IMG/VR virus record: IMGVR_UViG_3300028844_003294
Span: 8,153-72,152 of that record
Origin: a virus
DNA: 64,000 bases
Direction: 5' to 3' (one strand)
The notes beneath the pieces were generated by a model. That model had not been told where the DNA came from. It saw only the letters and a list, made by a program, of their open reading frames with translations, and did not search any database. The position numbers were made by a program, and so were the translations under genes. This document shows, one piece after another, positions 30,391 through 40,625 of this stretch (position 1 is its first letter; the number at the start of each line of letters is the position of its first letter).

Positions 30391-33300
30391 TTAATATCCA
30401 TTGCCTGATGAACCACCTGTGTTATCTGCTGAATTAGTAGACAACGTGTTGTTCAATGTAATTGTATTTCCTGTAGCATTTGTGGCTACACTTTGATCTA
30501 ATACATAAGTTCCATGATAATGCATTATGCCATTTGGCATGTAAAATACTTTACCAAAGAATTCATGTGTATGACTAGTTCCATCTCCTGCAAAATCAGC
30601 CGCTTCTTTTGTTGCATATAATGGATAATATCCATTGATAGCATATGGTCCTACTTGACTTGTAGCACCGTCATATGTTGTTAAAAGTCCTGTTGACGAT
30701 TTGTCTGGTCTAATATTAGATTGTGTAAGTTTGTCTACAACATCGATATCTAATATATTTGCAGTACTTATAAATAGTTCATCAGCATCTGATTTAACCT
30801 GGAATAAATCTCCAAATACACCACTAGCAGTTTTTGGTACTATAACAATACTTCCTATTGCATTACCTACTTGCTGATGTATGTAACTACTTAATTCTGT
30901 AAAGTAGAATGTATCACCAAAGTCCCAATTTTCAATATTAAAATATCTATTGACTGCGGCAATAACTTGTGTTCTTATTTCGTTGTCACTTAGACTTGTT
31001 CCTGGAAGCCTAACAACTTTAAATCTTGCTTGTAATTCTGGTTCTGCATCGTCACCAAATAATAATTTAAATTTGCCACTTCTAAAAACTAGTTGATCAC
31101 TTGCTGATTTTAAATCATTTAAATGCATAAACTCTGTTTCTAATTCTGACGGAGTTGGTGGTGTAGGATAATCTGTACCTGGCACATTTAAATATGATTG
31201 CATTTTGTTGTAATATGTTGTTGTTAAAATAAACATTTCGTGTATATTACTAATACTAGGATCTATTCTTACACTATTGTCTGCAATGTGAGTCCATTTA
31301 AATACAACTGGTTGTTGTCTTTTTGCATTTGTGTTTTGTGTAAAACTTCTTCCTTTTTTAGCAAAATGAGATGATGATTCATAATGAGACACTCTCTGTA
31401 AATTTGTACTACTTTTTGACATTTGATAAACTTTACCATCTGCTTTTGCATAAACTTTTTTGTTATGCAATTTACCAATAGTGTTATCAAATGATGTATT
31501 AGGGTTTCCAGAACCTTCTATGACTGATTTACTTTTAACCAAGTAGTAATCATAATCGTTAGTAGAATGTACAGTACCTGTATTATTTTCTGCATCACCA
31601 ATACTGTTTCCGGCAATTCTTGAATAGTCTGAACTAAAGTTTACGCCGCTTTCTTTTCTTAAATCTAGTATGCCTGCTTTAACAGGTCTTGTATATGAAT
31701 AACCATCAAATTCTTCGTATTCTTCAAATAGTACTATATCATCGCGACCTACAAAATCCGCAAATTGAATAGGATTGTTAGGTGCATCTCCACCTTCAGT
31801 GTTTGTAGGTGTTACTTTTACTTTTTTAGGATCAGTGAACCCATCTGGATATGTAAAGTTTCCAATAGCACTATAAATGATTGGATTTTCTAACCTTGTT
31901 GTATCGGTTACATATCTAACTTCTATAGTATCACTTCTATTTTGTCTTGCAGTACTATCAACGCCATAGTGTTGTCTTTCATCTAATCTAATTTGTAGGT
32001 TACCTGATTGTGTTGTTACATTACTATCGAGTAAATATAATCCAAAACCGTCGCCGGCGGCACCTGGTCCTAATGTTCTATTATTGTTAAAAGACGTACC
32101 TTCTTTATTATATGAATAAGCAATATTACCGTTATTGTCTAGGATGTTTACTCCAAATGTAGCATTTGTAAACGCCACATTCACAATTGGTAAACTATCA
32201 ATTAAACCTGAGTTTTTTACTACAACAACATTTGCATCGTCTGTTGTGTTTGGACTTGTGCCTAATTGCAATGTGATTTCGTCTACAAATTCTCCACTTG
32301 ATGCTGAACCTTCTTTCCATAGTCCAAAGTTAGATGTAATACTGATTTCTAAATCACTGTATTCTATGTTTCTAGAAATAAGAGGTATGTTATCAAACGT
32401 ATCACCTGTACTTACAAGATACCACTTATCACCAATGTTATTATCGTTTGTATCTCTCCATTCAAACACTTCGCTAAAACTTGGTCTTACATTTAATGTT
32501 GTAAGTTCTACCGTATCATATAGTGCTAAACCTGTTGCACTATCTTGTATTCTATTTGTGTTTACATTATAAAATCTAACTTCTTCTAGGCTTTCAAAAA
32601 TAAATTGTGTTCCTCTGATTTCTATATTGTATCTATATGCTGTAGAATCAATTGGTACATAAGTGAATTTTAAGATCCAACTTGCATCTGCTTGTCCGCC
32701 TGTTTCGTCTCCAGCATTTGCAATGTTAAACTCGACTTGATCAGATAAGTTATTATTTTCTATAATGTAATATCTATTGTCAGCAGGATCAAATCTCAAT
32801 CCAAATGTTCTTTTACTTGCTAAAGCAGTTTGTAATTCAGTTTTTTCTAATGCAAACAATGTTTTTCTTAAAACAGTAATAATTTGATCTGATTTCCAAC
32901 CATTTGGTATTTCTCTATCTAATGTGATAGGACCATCTACATTAGTTCCACTAGCAGTTCTAATTGCATTGTTTGTAATGCTTACTATCTTGGCCCATTT
33001 GTAATCACCTACGTTAGCAGGGTCATAAAATTTCATTACTGAGCCAGCCTGTATAATTTTAAATAAATTATTTGCTGTGTTTAAATCTATAGCATTATTA
33101 GTTGTATATGTTTCTGTTAGGAAACCTTTACTACCTGTATCTTTTTTAGGTAATGTATTCCATGCAATATTGAAAAGTTCTAAATTAAATGTATCTTTGT
33201 AAGATGCAGTATTTAAAAAAGAATCTCTAAAATCACTGTATATAAAATCATTTAATTTTTGATTTTTAAGTATAGTTGGTATTTTTGTATTCACAAAATC

Positions 33301-34818
33301 CAACGGTGTATTTACATTGTCAAAATTAAAGTAATCAGATGAGTTTGATTTCTCTGAATACAATGCACCATCTTCTGCGATCGAAGTTGTAGTTTGAAAG
33401 GTGCTTGTTGGATCTGTGATATCAATATATCTACTATGTCCAGCATGTGTTTTATTTGTTACTTTAAGTTTTGAAATATTAGTACTCTTTGCTAAAGGGA
33501 GTACTTGGTAATCTTGGGCACTTATCATTCTATCTTGTGAGTAGTATGATTGTGGTGCTCTTTCTTTAATACCTGCTATAGTTTCTGCAGGCAAACTGTT
33601 GTTTACAGCATTTTCTAATCTTGTTGTAATTGTAAGTTCGTAGTTTTTACCATCACCATTTACATAAGGTATAGATGTTGTTACAACACCAAAGTCATCT
33701 GGCTGTACACTAAATCTTTCGTTATCACTTGTTCTGTAATACACTCTATAGTTTCCAACAGGAACATTAGCAAAGTTGCCATCTGCAAATTGCATGTTGA
33801 TACCACCGGTTCCTAAGTTTTGTACAGCATAAAGTAATGGTGTTTGTTTTGCCTTCACATTGTACATTAGTGTTTGTCCAATTGTGTTAGGCACTTTTTC
33901 CCATTTTGCTAATACACTTCTATCTGAATCTATTTGTTGCAAGTAAACATCAGTTTCGTTGATGTTGTCAACGCCAATTGTTTGTTGTCTATTTTCTACT
34001 GGTTGTGCAAAATTAAATTCTTGGTTTGCTAATGTTCCTTGTTTGAACATCATAAAGAAACCAGTATTGTTACTGGATAATCCTAATCCATCGTTTCTGT
34101 GTACTATAGAAAAATCGTTTTTTGGGTCTGGGTGCTTTTCATAAAAGAACCCTGCATCATCAAAATCTACGTTTACAAAGTCAAATGCTCTACTAACACC
34201 GTTTATGTCTCTTTTAAAGTTAAAAGTCAAAGGAGCATTTGTAGGAGTTTTTACATCGTACTTGTCGGTAGCAATGCCTCCAACTGTGCCTGATTTAACA
34301 GGCTTACTAAATCTATTCACGTTACCGAACGCACTATTTAATATAGTAATAAATTGTTCATAACTGTCTGGGTTGTTTGCATCATCCCAACTTACTGTTC
34401 TATTGTTAAGAGGTGTACTAGAACTATCTGTTAGAGGTTCTGATGTTGCGACACTTACAATTTTTGCTAATCCACTAGCCGCAATGTTTCTTTTAGGATT
34501 ATATCCTAACTGTCTTGCAAGTTTAAATACTGAATCTCGTCTTTCTGCTGTTTCTAAAAAGTTCTCTCTAGTATTGACATCCATTCTAAATGCAATACTT
34601 TGAGCAAGGTATGCCAGCAATTCTATAATTGCTATGAATTCTGAACTTTCTATGTAGTCGTTAAAGTTTTCAGGAAAATTAGTTTTGATGTATTCGACCA
34701 TTGCTGTACGAATAGTATCAAAGTCATATGCTTGAAAGTCTACCTGACTGTATGCTTGGTAGGCTACTTCCCAGTCTTCAGCCGCGAATAGATTATTTTG
34801 TCTGCTGTTTATTGCCAT
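30391..34818 (-). CDS. gp6: Baseplate wedge subunit (T4 gp6-like)
   Basis: YDFDTIR..MVEYI...F.DYIESSE...IELLAY...ENFLETAERRDSVFKLARQLGYNPKR, and APQSYYSQDRMISAQDY. Confidence 0.85.
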   Translation of the reverse strand: MAINSRQNNLFAAEDWEVAYQAYSQVDFQAYDFDTIRTAMVEYIKTNFPENFNDYIESSEFIAIIELLAYLAQSIAFRMDVNTRENFLETAERRDSVFKLARQLGYNPKRNIAASGLAKIVSVATSEPLTDSSSTPLNNRTVSWDDANNPDSYEQFITILNSAFGNVNRFSKPVKSGTVGGIATDKYDVKTPTNAPLTFNFKRDINGVSRAFDFVNVDFDDAGFFYEKHPDPKNDFSIVHRNDGLGLSSNNTGFFMMFKQGTLANQEFNFAQPVENRQQTIGVDNINETDVYLQQIDSDRSVLAKWEKVPNTIGQTLMYNVKAKQTPLLYAVQNLGTGGINMQFADGNFANVPVGNYRVYYRTSDNERFSVQPDDFGVVTTSIPYVNGDGKNYELTITTRLENAVNNSLPAETIAGIKERAPQSYYSQDRMISAQDYQVLPLAKSTNISKLKVTNKTHAGHSRYIDITDPTSTFQTTTSIAEDGALYSEKSNSSDYFNFDNVNTPLDFVNTKIPTILKNQKLNDFIYSDFRDSFLNTASYKDTFNLELFNIAWNTLPKKDTGSKGFLTETYTTNNAIDLNTANNLFKIIQAGSVMKFYDPANVGDYKWAKIVSITNNAIRTASGTNVDGPITLDREIPNGWKSDQIITVLRKTLFALEKTELQTALASKRTFGLRFDPADNRYYIIENNNLSDQVEFNIANAGDETGGQADASWILKFTYVPIDSTAYRYNIEIRGTQFIFESLEEVRFYNVNTNRIQDSATGLALYDTVELTTLNVRPSFSEVFEWRDTNDNNIGDKWYLVSTGDTFDNIPLISRNIEYSDLEISITSNFGLWKEGSASSGEFVDEITLQLGTSPNTTDDANVVVVKNSGLIDSLPIVNVAFTNATFGVNILDNNGNIAYSYNKEGTSFNNNRTLGPGAAGDGFGLYLLDSNVTTQSGNLQIRLDERQHYGVDSTARQNRSDTIEVRYVTDTTRLENPIIYSAIGNFTYPDGFTDPKKVKVTPTNTEGGDAPNNPIQFADFVGRDDIVLFEEYEEFDGYSYTRPVKAGILDLRKESGVNFSSDYSRIAGNSIGDAENNTGTVHSTNDYDYYLVKSKSVIEGSGNPNTSFDNTIGKLHNKKVYAKADGKVYQMSKSSTNLQRVSHYESSSHFAKKGRSFTQNTNAKRQQPVVFKWTHIADNSVRIDPSISNIHEMFILTTTYYNKMQSYLNVPGTDYPTPPTPSELETEFMHLNDLKSASDQLVFRSGKFKLLFGDDAEPELQARFKVVRLPGTSLSDNEIRTQVIAAVNRYFNIENWDFGDTFYFTELSSYIHQQVGNAIGSIVIVPKTASGVFGDLFQVKSDADELFISTANILDIDVVDKLTQSNIRPDKSSTGLLTTYDGATSQVGPYAINGYYPLYATKEAADFAGDGTSHTHEFFGKVFYMPNGIMHYHGTYVLDQSVATNATGNTITLNNTLSTNSADNTGGSSGNGY

Positions 34819-34819
34819 C

Positions 34820-35191
34820 TTAAGTCTCTGTATTATTTCTTGCAAAATCTAAATATAATACCTCTTCGTTAAGGAAAGGTAATATTTTAAGATTCACTAC
34901 AATTTTAACAGTATGATCAAGTGCTTCAGTGAATATGTCCTGTAGTTCTACTCTAGGATCTTTCAATACTACTCTACGAACCTCATCTTCTACTTCCTGG
35001 ATAAGGAACTTGTCCAGTGGGTTCATAAGTATGTCTTCAATTCTAGTGCCAAAGGAAGGTCTCATTACTCTCTCGCCTTTTTTAGCCTTGAGTTCATTGA
35101 GTAAGTCAGTTTTAATTAGTTCGCCATCCGTTAGTGTATACGGGGGTCTAATTCTTTCTTGCGTACTAAAGCCTCGATATATGTTTGCCAT
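34820..35191 (-). CDS. gp25: Baseplate wedge/sheath initiator (gp25/GPW-like)
   Basis: LIKTDLLNEL..KKGERVMRPSFGT.I...L..P.....DPRVEL. Confidence 0.9.
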   Translation of the reverse strand: MANIYRGFSTQERIRPPYTLTDGELIKTDLLNELKAKKGERVMRPSFGTRIEDILMNPLDKFLIQEVEDEVRRVVLKDPRVELQDIFTEALDHTVKIVVNLKILPFLNEEVLYLDFARNNTET

Positions 35192-35196
35192 ATCAA

Positions 35197-35228
35197 TATT
35201 TATCAAGAACCTTTAAAACATGTTTTAA
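35197..35228 (-). promoter_or_regulatory. Late promoter GATAAATA plus perfect palindrome TTAAAACATGTTTTAA
   Basis: Motif at 35197-35204 and palindrome at 35213-35228. Confidence 0.65.
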
Positions 35229-35245
35229 ATCAACCAAAAAAACGG

Positions 35246-35274
35246 TTGACTTTATTTGTGTTATACTATATATT
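35246..35274 (+). promoter_or_regulatory. Sigma70-type early promoter
   Basis: TTGACT-17 nt-TATATT with an A-rich upstream element. Confidence 0.7.
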
Positions 35275-35331
35275 ATATGGCGTGTGATGGAAATCACATT
35301 TAATTCATATTTTACACATTATAGGAAAAAA

Positions 35332-35607
35332 ATGCGTAACGTTATAGAATATTTTGACAATATTTGCAAAAATGCCGAGAAGGCCAACAGAAAGTTAGCC
35401 GGCTCGGGTCAATCCACAGGTTATGGTAACCGTTTTCACAAAATGGTATCTAAAAAGAAGAACCGTTTTGAGTCTGTAGGAATCTACGATTCCTTTACTA
35501 AAAAGTATGTTCTTTTTGAAATGGTCAACTTAGTTGGTCAAAAAGACAAGATACCACAAGAGTTTAAAGACATGGAGATGCTTATCAAGAATGCCTTCAG
35601 AAACTAA
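35332..35607 (+). CDS. Hypothetical protein (91 aa)
   Basis: AGGA RBS before ATG 35332, downstream of the sigma70 promoter. Confidence 0.7.
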   Translation: MRNVIEYFDNICKNAEKANRKLAGSGQSTGYGNRFHKMVSKKKNRFESVGIYDSFTKKYVLFEMVNLVGQKDKIPQEFKDMEMLIKNAFRN

Positions 35608-36220
35608 GAATATAATTTTTTTACATGGCACTGGGCAATCTGCTCTGAGTTATGAATATTTTAATTTGTTTCTACCTGAGCATAGTTCTCATTGTTTAGA
35701 GTATGATGTTCATGAAGACTTTGATGATATTGTAAATAGATTATACAAGTACTATGTAGACAACTTAGCAGGTGAACAAGTACACCTTGTATGCCATAGT
35801 TATGGTTGTCTACTAGGTATGTATCTTGCTAGTCGCATCGATGCAAATGTAGAAAATTTTATTTCTTTAAGTGCTCCTTGGAAAGGTAGCAGAACTGCTA
35901 AGTGGTTAAACTTAGTATTTAGGCAAAGTAAACTGTTTCAAAACACAAGACCAGATAGTGACATAATTCAATCATTATCTAACTTAAACAATAATTTTAA
36001 GATAACTAATATTATTACCACAGGTTCATCTGGCGGTGGTAATGTATTAGCAGGATTTGGTCAAGAAAAAAATGATGGTTTACTAACGGTTCTAACACAA
36101 GAATCTTATCCTGATAATTTTAAAAATGTAACTGATATAAAATTTGCATTAAGTCATAACGAAGTTTTACTAAGTTACGATGTAGTAAACATTTTAAAAG
36201 AAAAAATATTTAATGAGTAA
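35591..36220 (+). CDS. Alpha/beta hydrolase (lipase/esterase-like)
   Basis: IFLHG oxyanion motif, HLVCHSYG nucleophile elbow, SAPWKGS, NDGLL, SHNEVL. Confidence 0.85.
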   Translation: MPSETKNIIFLHGTGQSALSYEYFNLFLPEHSSHCLEYDVHEDFDDIVNRLYKYYVDNLAGEQVHLVCHSYGCLLGMYLASRIDANVENFISLSAPWKGSRTAKWLNLVFRQSKLFQNTRPDSDIIQSLSNLNNNFKITNIITTGSSGGGNVLAGFGQEKNDGLLTVLTQESYPDNFKNVTDIKFALSHNEVLLSYDVVNILKEKIFNE

Positions 36221-36407
36221 GCAAAACGTAACTTTAAATAATACCCTAGAGGAAGAACTCAGAATAATTGTATGTGAGCAAAAGAAACAAATTGTTGAGC
36301 TTGAAACACTTGTTAAACTATTGCAACGTAATATCAAAGATCTCGAAGAGCAAAAATATAATGCTTATAAGAGATTAGCAGAAAAAACCACTACACTAAT
36401 TGCTTAG
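36213..36407 (+). CDS. Small coiled-coil protein
   Basis: Heptad pattern; overlaps the hydrolase stop. Confidence 0.7.
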   Translation: MSKQNVTLNNTLEEELRIIVCEQKKQIVELETLVKLLQRNIKDLEEQKYNAYKRLAEKTTTLIA

Positions 36408-37942
36408 TTGTCGTCTTTGGGACGATATTCCCAAGGTTCTCTAGTAGTAATCAGACGCAATAAACTTTTTATTGTGTCTCTAACACCATCCCTTTTACCT
36501 TGTGTAGGCATTGGATCGGTATTCTCATCTACCTCGTCTGGATTTTCTGGATATTCCCAAATAGGTTTTTCGATTGGTTGATCCAGGAATTGATTTACAA
36601 CATGTGGTGTTGCAACTTTGCCTTTTTGTGCCTGTTCCGCAGTACCACCATCATTTAAATGTACACTAGAACCAAGTACATTATTTCTACCACTTGCTTG
36701 TGAGTTTATAGTTGATCCAGATTTAATATCAACTCCACTAGAACCATAAACTTTAAGTTTACCATCTGATGTTGTTTCAATGTCACCGATTGCAGTTTGA
36801 TGTATTTTTGTTTGAGATGTAAGATGAATTGCACCAGTACTATCTGTTTGTAATACAAAGTCTTTTTTGTTTAACCAGTTTGTTTGATTGCTTATGTTGA
36901 GACTAAAGTTTCCTTTTGGATTACCGTCAACGTCTAAAATTTGGTCTGCACTTTCATATTCTCCGGCTTGTACATATATTGAAGAATTTGCTTCTAAATT
37001 TAAATTTTTATCAGATCTAATATTCACATTGCCTTTTGCTCTCATATTAAAATCTCTTTCAGCATAGACATTTATATCTCCTGCATCTGACATCTCTATC
37101 CAAGCAGTTCCTTTTTTGTTTATAATATAAATGTCACCAGATGTATCATCAAGTAATATTTGATGTCCTCCTCCAGTTCTAATTCTAACATTCTTGCTTT
37201 CACCTTCTATATCACCATCATCTAGAACAATGCTATGTCCTGGTTCTCTGTGAGTATTATCTTTTTTACTAGTTCTTTTATTTGCTACTTCTGGACCGGG
37301 AGTGAGTATTCCAAATACTTGACTTGGTGATTCGCGCCTTGCAGAAGATACACTGATTCCTCTAACTGAATCATGTATTAAACCTTGTTCTAAAATTGCT
37401 TTTGTTACATAAGGGTTTATAGGTCTTTTTGCATTTATGCTATGACTAACAGATTCTTCATTTCTGTTTTTTTCTGCAACCGGAACTTTTATGTCAGTAC
37501 CGTATGCAGGACCGGCCGCATTACCCGGAACCATATGTTGTAGTTGATCAGGATATAGACAACTTATTACAACTGGAAATTTTCTTTTACCATCGGCAAA
37601 ACATACTAACACAAAGTTACCTGGATCAGGTGGTACCATCCACATACCATATGTTTTTTGTGTATCATGAAAACCGTATACTTGTTCATCTTGTCCTATT
37701 TTTGCTGAGTGTGTGCTACCAGCAAACGGACTACTCCAATATGCATTGTAGTATCCGTTAGGATCATCTCTGTCTTTACTTAGCATTGGAATATAAACTG
37801 TAAGCCTACCACTATGTGTAGCATCTTTTGGCCTTACAATAATTTCACCAATATACACACCAAAGTCCAAGTCAGCATGTCCACGCAACTTGTCTCTAAG
37901 TCCTTTATTGGTTACTCTAAATCTATCTGCCTTATAAGCCAT
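36404..37942 (-). CDS. Baseplate central spike (gp5/VgrG-like OB fold plus beta-helix)
   Basis: D.THSGRLTVYIP...YGMWMVPPDPG..VLVCF; GHSIVLDDG...RIRTGGGHQILLDD; beta-helix repeats; no lysozyme domain evident. Confidence 0.8.
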   Translation of the reverse strand: MAYKADRFRVTNKGLRDKLRGHADLDFGVYIGEIIVRPKDATHSGRLTVYIPMLSKDRDDPNGYYNAYWSSPFAGSTHSAKIGQDEQVYGFHDTQKTYGMWMVPPDPGNFVLVCFADGKRKFPVVISCLYPDQLQHMVPGNAAGPAYGTDIKVPVAEKNRNEESVSHSINAKRPINPYVTKAILEQGLIHDSVRGISVSSARRESPSQVFGILTPGPEVANKRTSKKDNTHREPGHSIVLDDGDIEGESKNVRIRTGGGHQILLDDTSGDIYIINKKGTAWIEMSDAGDINVYAERDFNMRAKGNVNIRSDKNLNLEANSSIYVQAGEYESADQILDVDGNPKGNFSLNISNQTNWLNKKDFVLQTDSTGAIHLTSQTKIHQTAIGDIETTSDGKLKVYGSSGVDIKSGSTINSQASGRNNVLGSSVHLNDGGTAEQAQKGKVATPHVVNQFLDQPIEKPIWEYPENPDEVDENTDPMPTQGKRDGVRDTIKSLLRLITTREPWEYRPKDDN

Positions 37943-40329
37943 TAGTCATCTACTCCGTCATATGAATTCTGTGTCATATCAAGTTTTGCTAAACTTAATG
38001 CTGTTTGTTTTTTAGCATTAGTTTCTATTTCAAACATACCACCACTAAAGTTTGCAGTTATACCGAATATTTGGTACACACCACTTAAAAAGAATGCTGT
38101 ACCTTGTTGACTCATGTACCCGCTATTTTCGTCTTCATCATCAATATTAGGATCTCTAACACGTGGTGTTTGCATTGTGAATAAAAAGTAATTATCACTT
38201 CTATTGTATACTATGTACTGATCTGTGGAATTTTCTTCTTCCTCATTTGCTTTTTTGACTAACTTTGGTGACTTTGGTTCTACTTCTGGCGGCCCTAAAT
38301 ACCAAGGATCTCCTCTAACTTTTAATCCAAGGTCTACTAGTATACTTGCATCGTTTACGTTTTGATACATGTATCCAAACAATGTGCCTTTAGCACCTCC
38401 ATCACTAGTATTTGAATTATTTACAATAACATTGTGGTCATATACCATACCTGGCAAAGGACCCACATCTGCTTCGTCGCCTTTGAGAGCATTTGCTAAT
38501 GAGTTAGTGACTTGTTGATCTGTTAGTTCGCCAATGACAGTTGGGCTACCACCTGCATCATGCATTAGTTCAGCACTATAAATGAACCCACTTGGTTCTG
38601 GTTTATATGTACCATCAAAATCATTTGTAGGTGTGGTATCTGCATTGTTATCAGAAGCCGCTGTTTGATAATAATCTGTAGGATTCTGTCCACCACTTTG
38701 TAAATAGTTTATAGTTTGTGCTAACCTATTTCTTTGTTCTTTGTCTTTTCTTAAATTATTTCTCTCTTCTTCTGTTAGATTCAATCTATCAGCAATTTTA
38801 TCAAAGTACTGATCATCGTTTTTTAATTTTTTAGCAATTTGTGTAGGATCTTCTACAGCCGCATCTGTTTTTGCTTGTCTTTCTTTTCCTTCATTATCTC
38901 CATCTGTTGAAGGACTACCAGGTGCATTTGGACTTGATGAAGCATCACCTAGATAACCTCCACCTGGTGCGGCCAATAATACTTGACCTGCTTTATATGA
39001 TATATCTGCACTAAGTATTTGATCATTAAGACCAGTATACAAATAATGATATGCTTTTTTAATTAGTAATTCATTTACACGTTTTGTAACGTTTTCTTTA
39101 GACAGTTTAAATTCACTCTGCGATAAATTGTTGTCTTGATCAGCGGTCTTATATATTATAGGCTTGTATGTAACTCTTCGAGCATAAGCATTACGTCTTG
39201 CATCATAACCATTTTCTATATATTCCATATCAGCAGTCATTTTATACCAATATGTAAATGTTTGATTTAAATCTAAGCCATGCTCGTCAATAACAGGATT
39301 GTCTAATCCTCCTTTTTTCCTAGATGATTTATCTAAGAATGCTTCGTTCATTACTAGCATAGTTGATAATATTCTGTGAAAGTTTGTTCCTTCGGGTACT
39401 TGTATTCTATCTCTTCTCCAAAAGCCTCCGGTGGCTTCTATGCCACCATCCAAACTTTCTGGTGAGTCTTCTAACATTTTTTCAAATTCTTCACGTGATT
39501 TTATGCCATACGATTCTGCATTCATCAACCTGTTTAATTGTTCAGCATCTTTGTAGTTACTATATTTGATGCTGTCATCACCTAGCACTTCTTTAAGTTG
39601 ACTTAAATCAAAAACAACTTCATCACTGACAAGTTCTTCTTTTTTATTATTTTTTGTATAGTTTTCGATTGCTTCTGTTAAACTGTCAAAACATTCTGTT
39701 ATGGTATCACCTGTAAATGATGTATCTGCTGGTAATGTATAATATTTGTCAGTCCATGCTTCGTCATCACCAATAGTTACAAAAAAGTCATATGTACTGC
39801 CGGCATCTGTAATAGAAACATCAACAGTGGCAATATGACATTCGTAAATGTATGGACCTGCTATTTGTGTTTCTATTTCACCACCACCTTCTAAATCATC
39901 TAAATCTTCTGTATAACCTTTAAAATTTATTTCTAAAAATAAAGGTACTGGTGCAAAAACACCTGCTTGAATTCCTAAATGTTTTTTAGCGGCCTGTATT
40001 TGGTCTAATAAATCTGCGGCACCAGGTTGTATTAGTGTAAACTGTGCCGATGTGGCAAAAGCACCACTGGCTCCTTTTTTAATATCAATTGATAAGTCAT
40101 CAATTTGTACACCTGTTACACTAGTCTGTGCAATGATAACTGTATTTTGAGGTTCGGCTGATTTTGCTTTTCTGAGATATCCTCCCCCGTCTGATGTGAG
40201 GTCGGGAATCATATAAAGTTTTAATGTGTAAGTAGAATTTTGATAAGCATCAAGAATATTACCTTGTACTTTGCCAATATATCTATCTTCTTTTTCTACT
40301 TTAGATTGATTAGGATTTTTATCTGTCAT
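37942..40329 (-). CDS. Baseplate hub protein (gp27-like, by position and motif)
   Basis: Lies between the gp53-like and gp5-like genes; C-terminal LKVRGDPWYL...SGVYQI..I...FSGGMF. Confidence 0.6.
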   Translation of the reverse strand: MTDKNPNQSKVEKEDRYIGKVQGNILDAYQNSTYTLKLYMIPDLTSDGGGYLRKAKSAEPQNTVIIAQTSVTGVQIDDLSIDIKKGASGAFATSAQFTLIQPGAADLLDQIQAAKKHLGIQAGVFAPVPLFLEINFKGYTEDLDDLEGGGEIETQIAGPYIYECHIATVDVSITDAGSTYDFFVTIGDDEAWTDKYYTLPADTSFTGDTITECFDSLTEAIENYTKNNKKEELVSDEVVFDLSQLKEVLGDDSIKYSNYKDAEQLNRLMNAESYGIKSREEFEKMLEDSPESLDGGIEATGGFWRRDRIQVPEGTNFHRILSTMLVMNEAFLDKSSRKKGGLDNPVIDEHGLDLNQTFTYWYKMTADMEYIENGYDARRNAYARRVTYKPIIYKTADQDNNLSQSEFKLSKENVTKRVNELLIKKAYHYLYTGLNDQILSADISYKAGQVLLAAPGGGYLGDASSSPNAPGSPSTDGDNEGKERQAKTDAAVEDPTQIAKKLKNDDQYFDKIADRLNLTEEERNNLRKDKEQRNRLAQTINYLQSGGQNPTDYYQTAASDNNADTTPTNDFDGTYKPEPSGFIYSAELMHDAGGSPTVIGELTDQQVTNSLANALKGDEADVGPLPGMVYDHNVIVNNSNTSDGGAKGTLFGYMYQNVNDASILVDLGLKVRGDPWYLGPPEVEPKSPKLVKKANEEEENSTDQYIVYNRSDNYFLFTMQTPRVRDPNIDDEDENSGYMSQQGTAFFLSGVYQIFGITANFSGGMFEIETNAKKQTALSLAKLDMTQNSYDGVDD

Positions 40330-40625
40330 TACAATACTCTATCAATAGTTTCTCTTGGAGGAATATAAATGTTTGTACCGGATGTAAAATCTGTCAAAGG
40401 GTCGATGATTACATCTGGGTTTCTTAGTGCAAAAACCCACCACAACTTTACAGTTCCATATAATTCATGTGCTAATAAATCCGGTCTATTTTCATATCGA
40501 GATTCTATTGCATAGAGTCGATCAGCAGTACTTTTTGGAATCTTAGGTAGATTATTCATCCCTAGATAGAACTTGTTTACGTCTGCTTTTTTCAAAAAAC
40601 TGTGATTGTCATGAAAACTTGCCAT
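40329..40625 (-). CDS. Baseplate wedge protein (gp53/LysM-like)
   Basis: YENRPDLLAHELYGTVKLWWVFALRNP. Confidence 0.85.
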   Translation of the reverse strand: MASFHDNHSFLKKADVNKFYLGMNNLPKIPKSTADRLYAIESRYENRPDLLAHELYGTVKLWWVFALRNPDVIIDPLTDFTSGTNIYIPPRETIDRVL

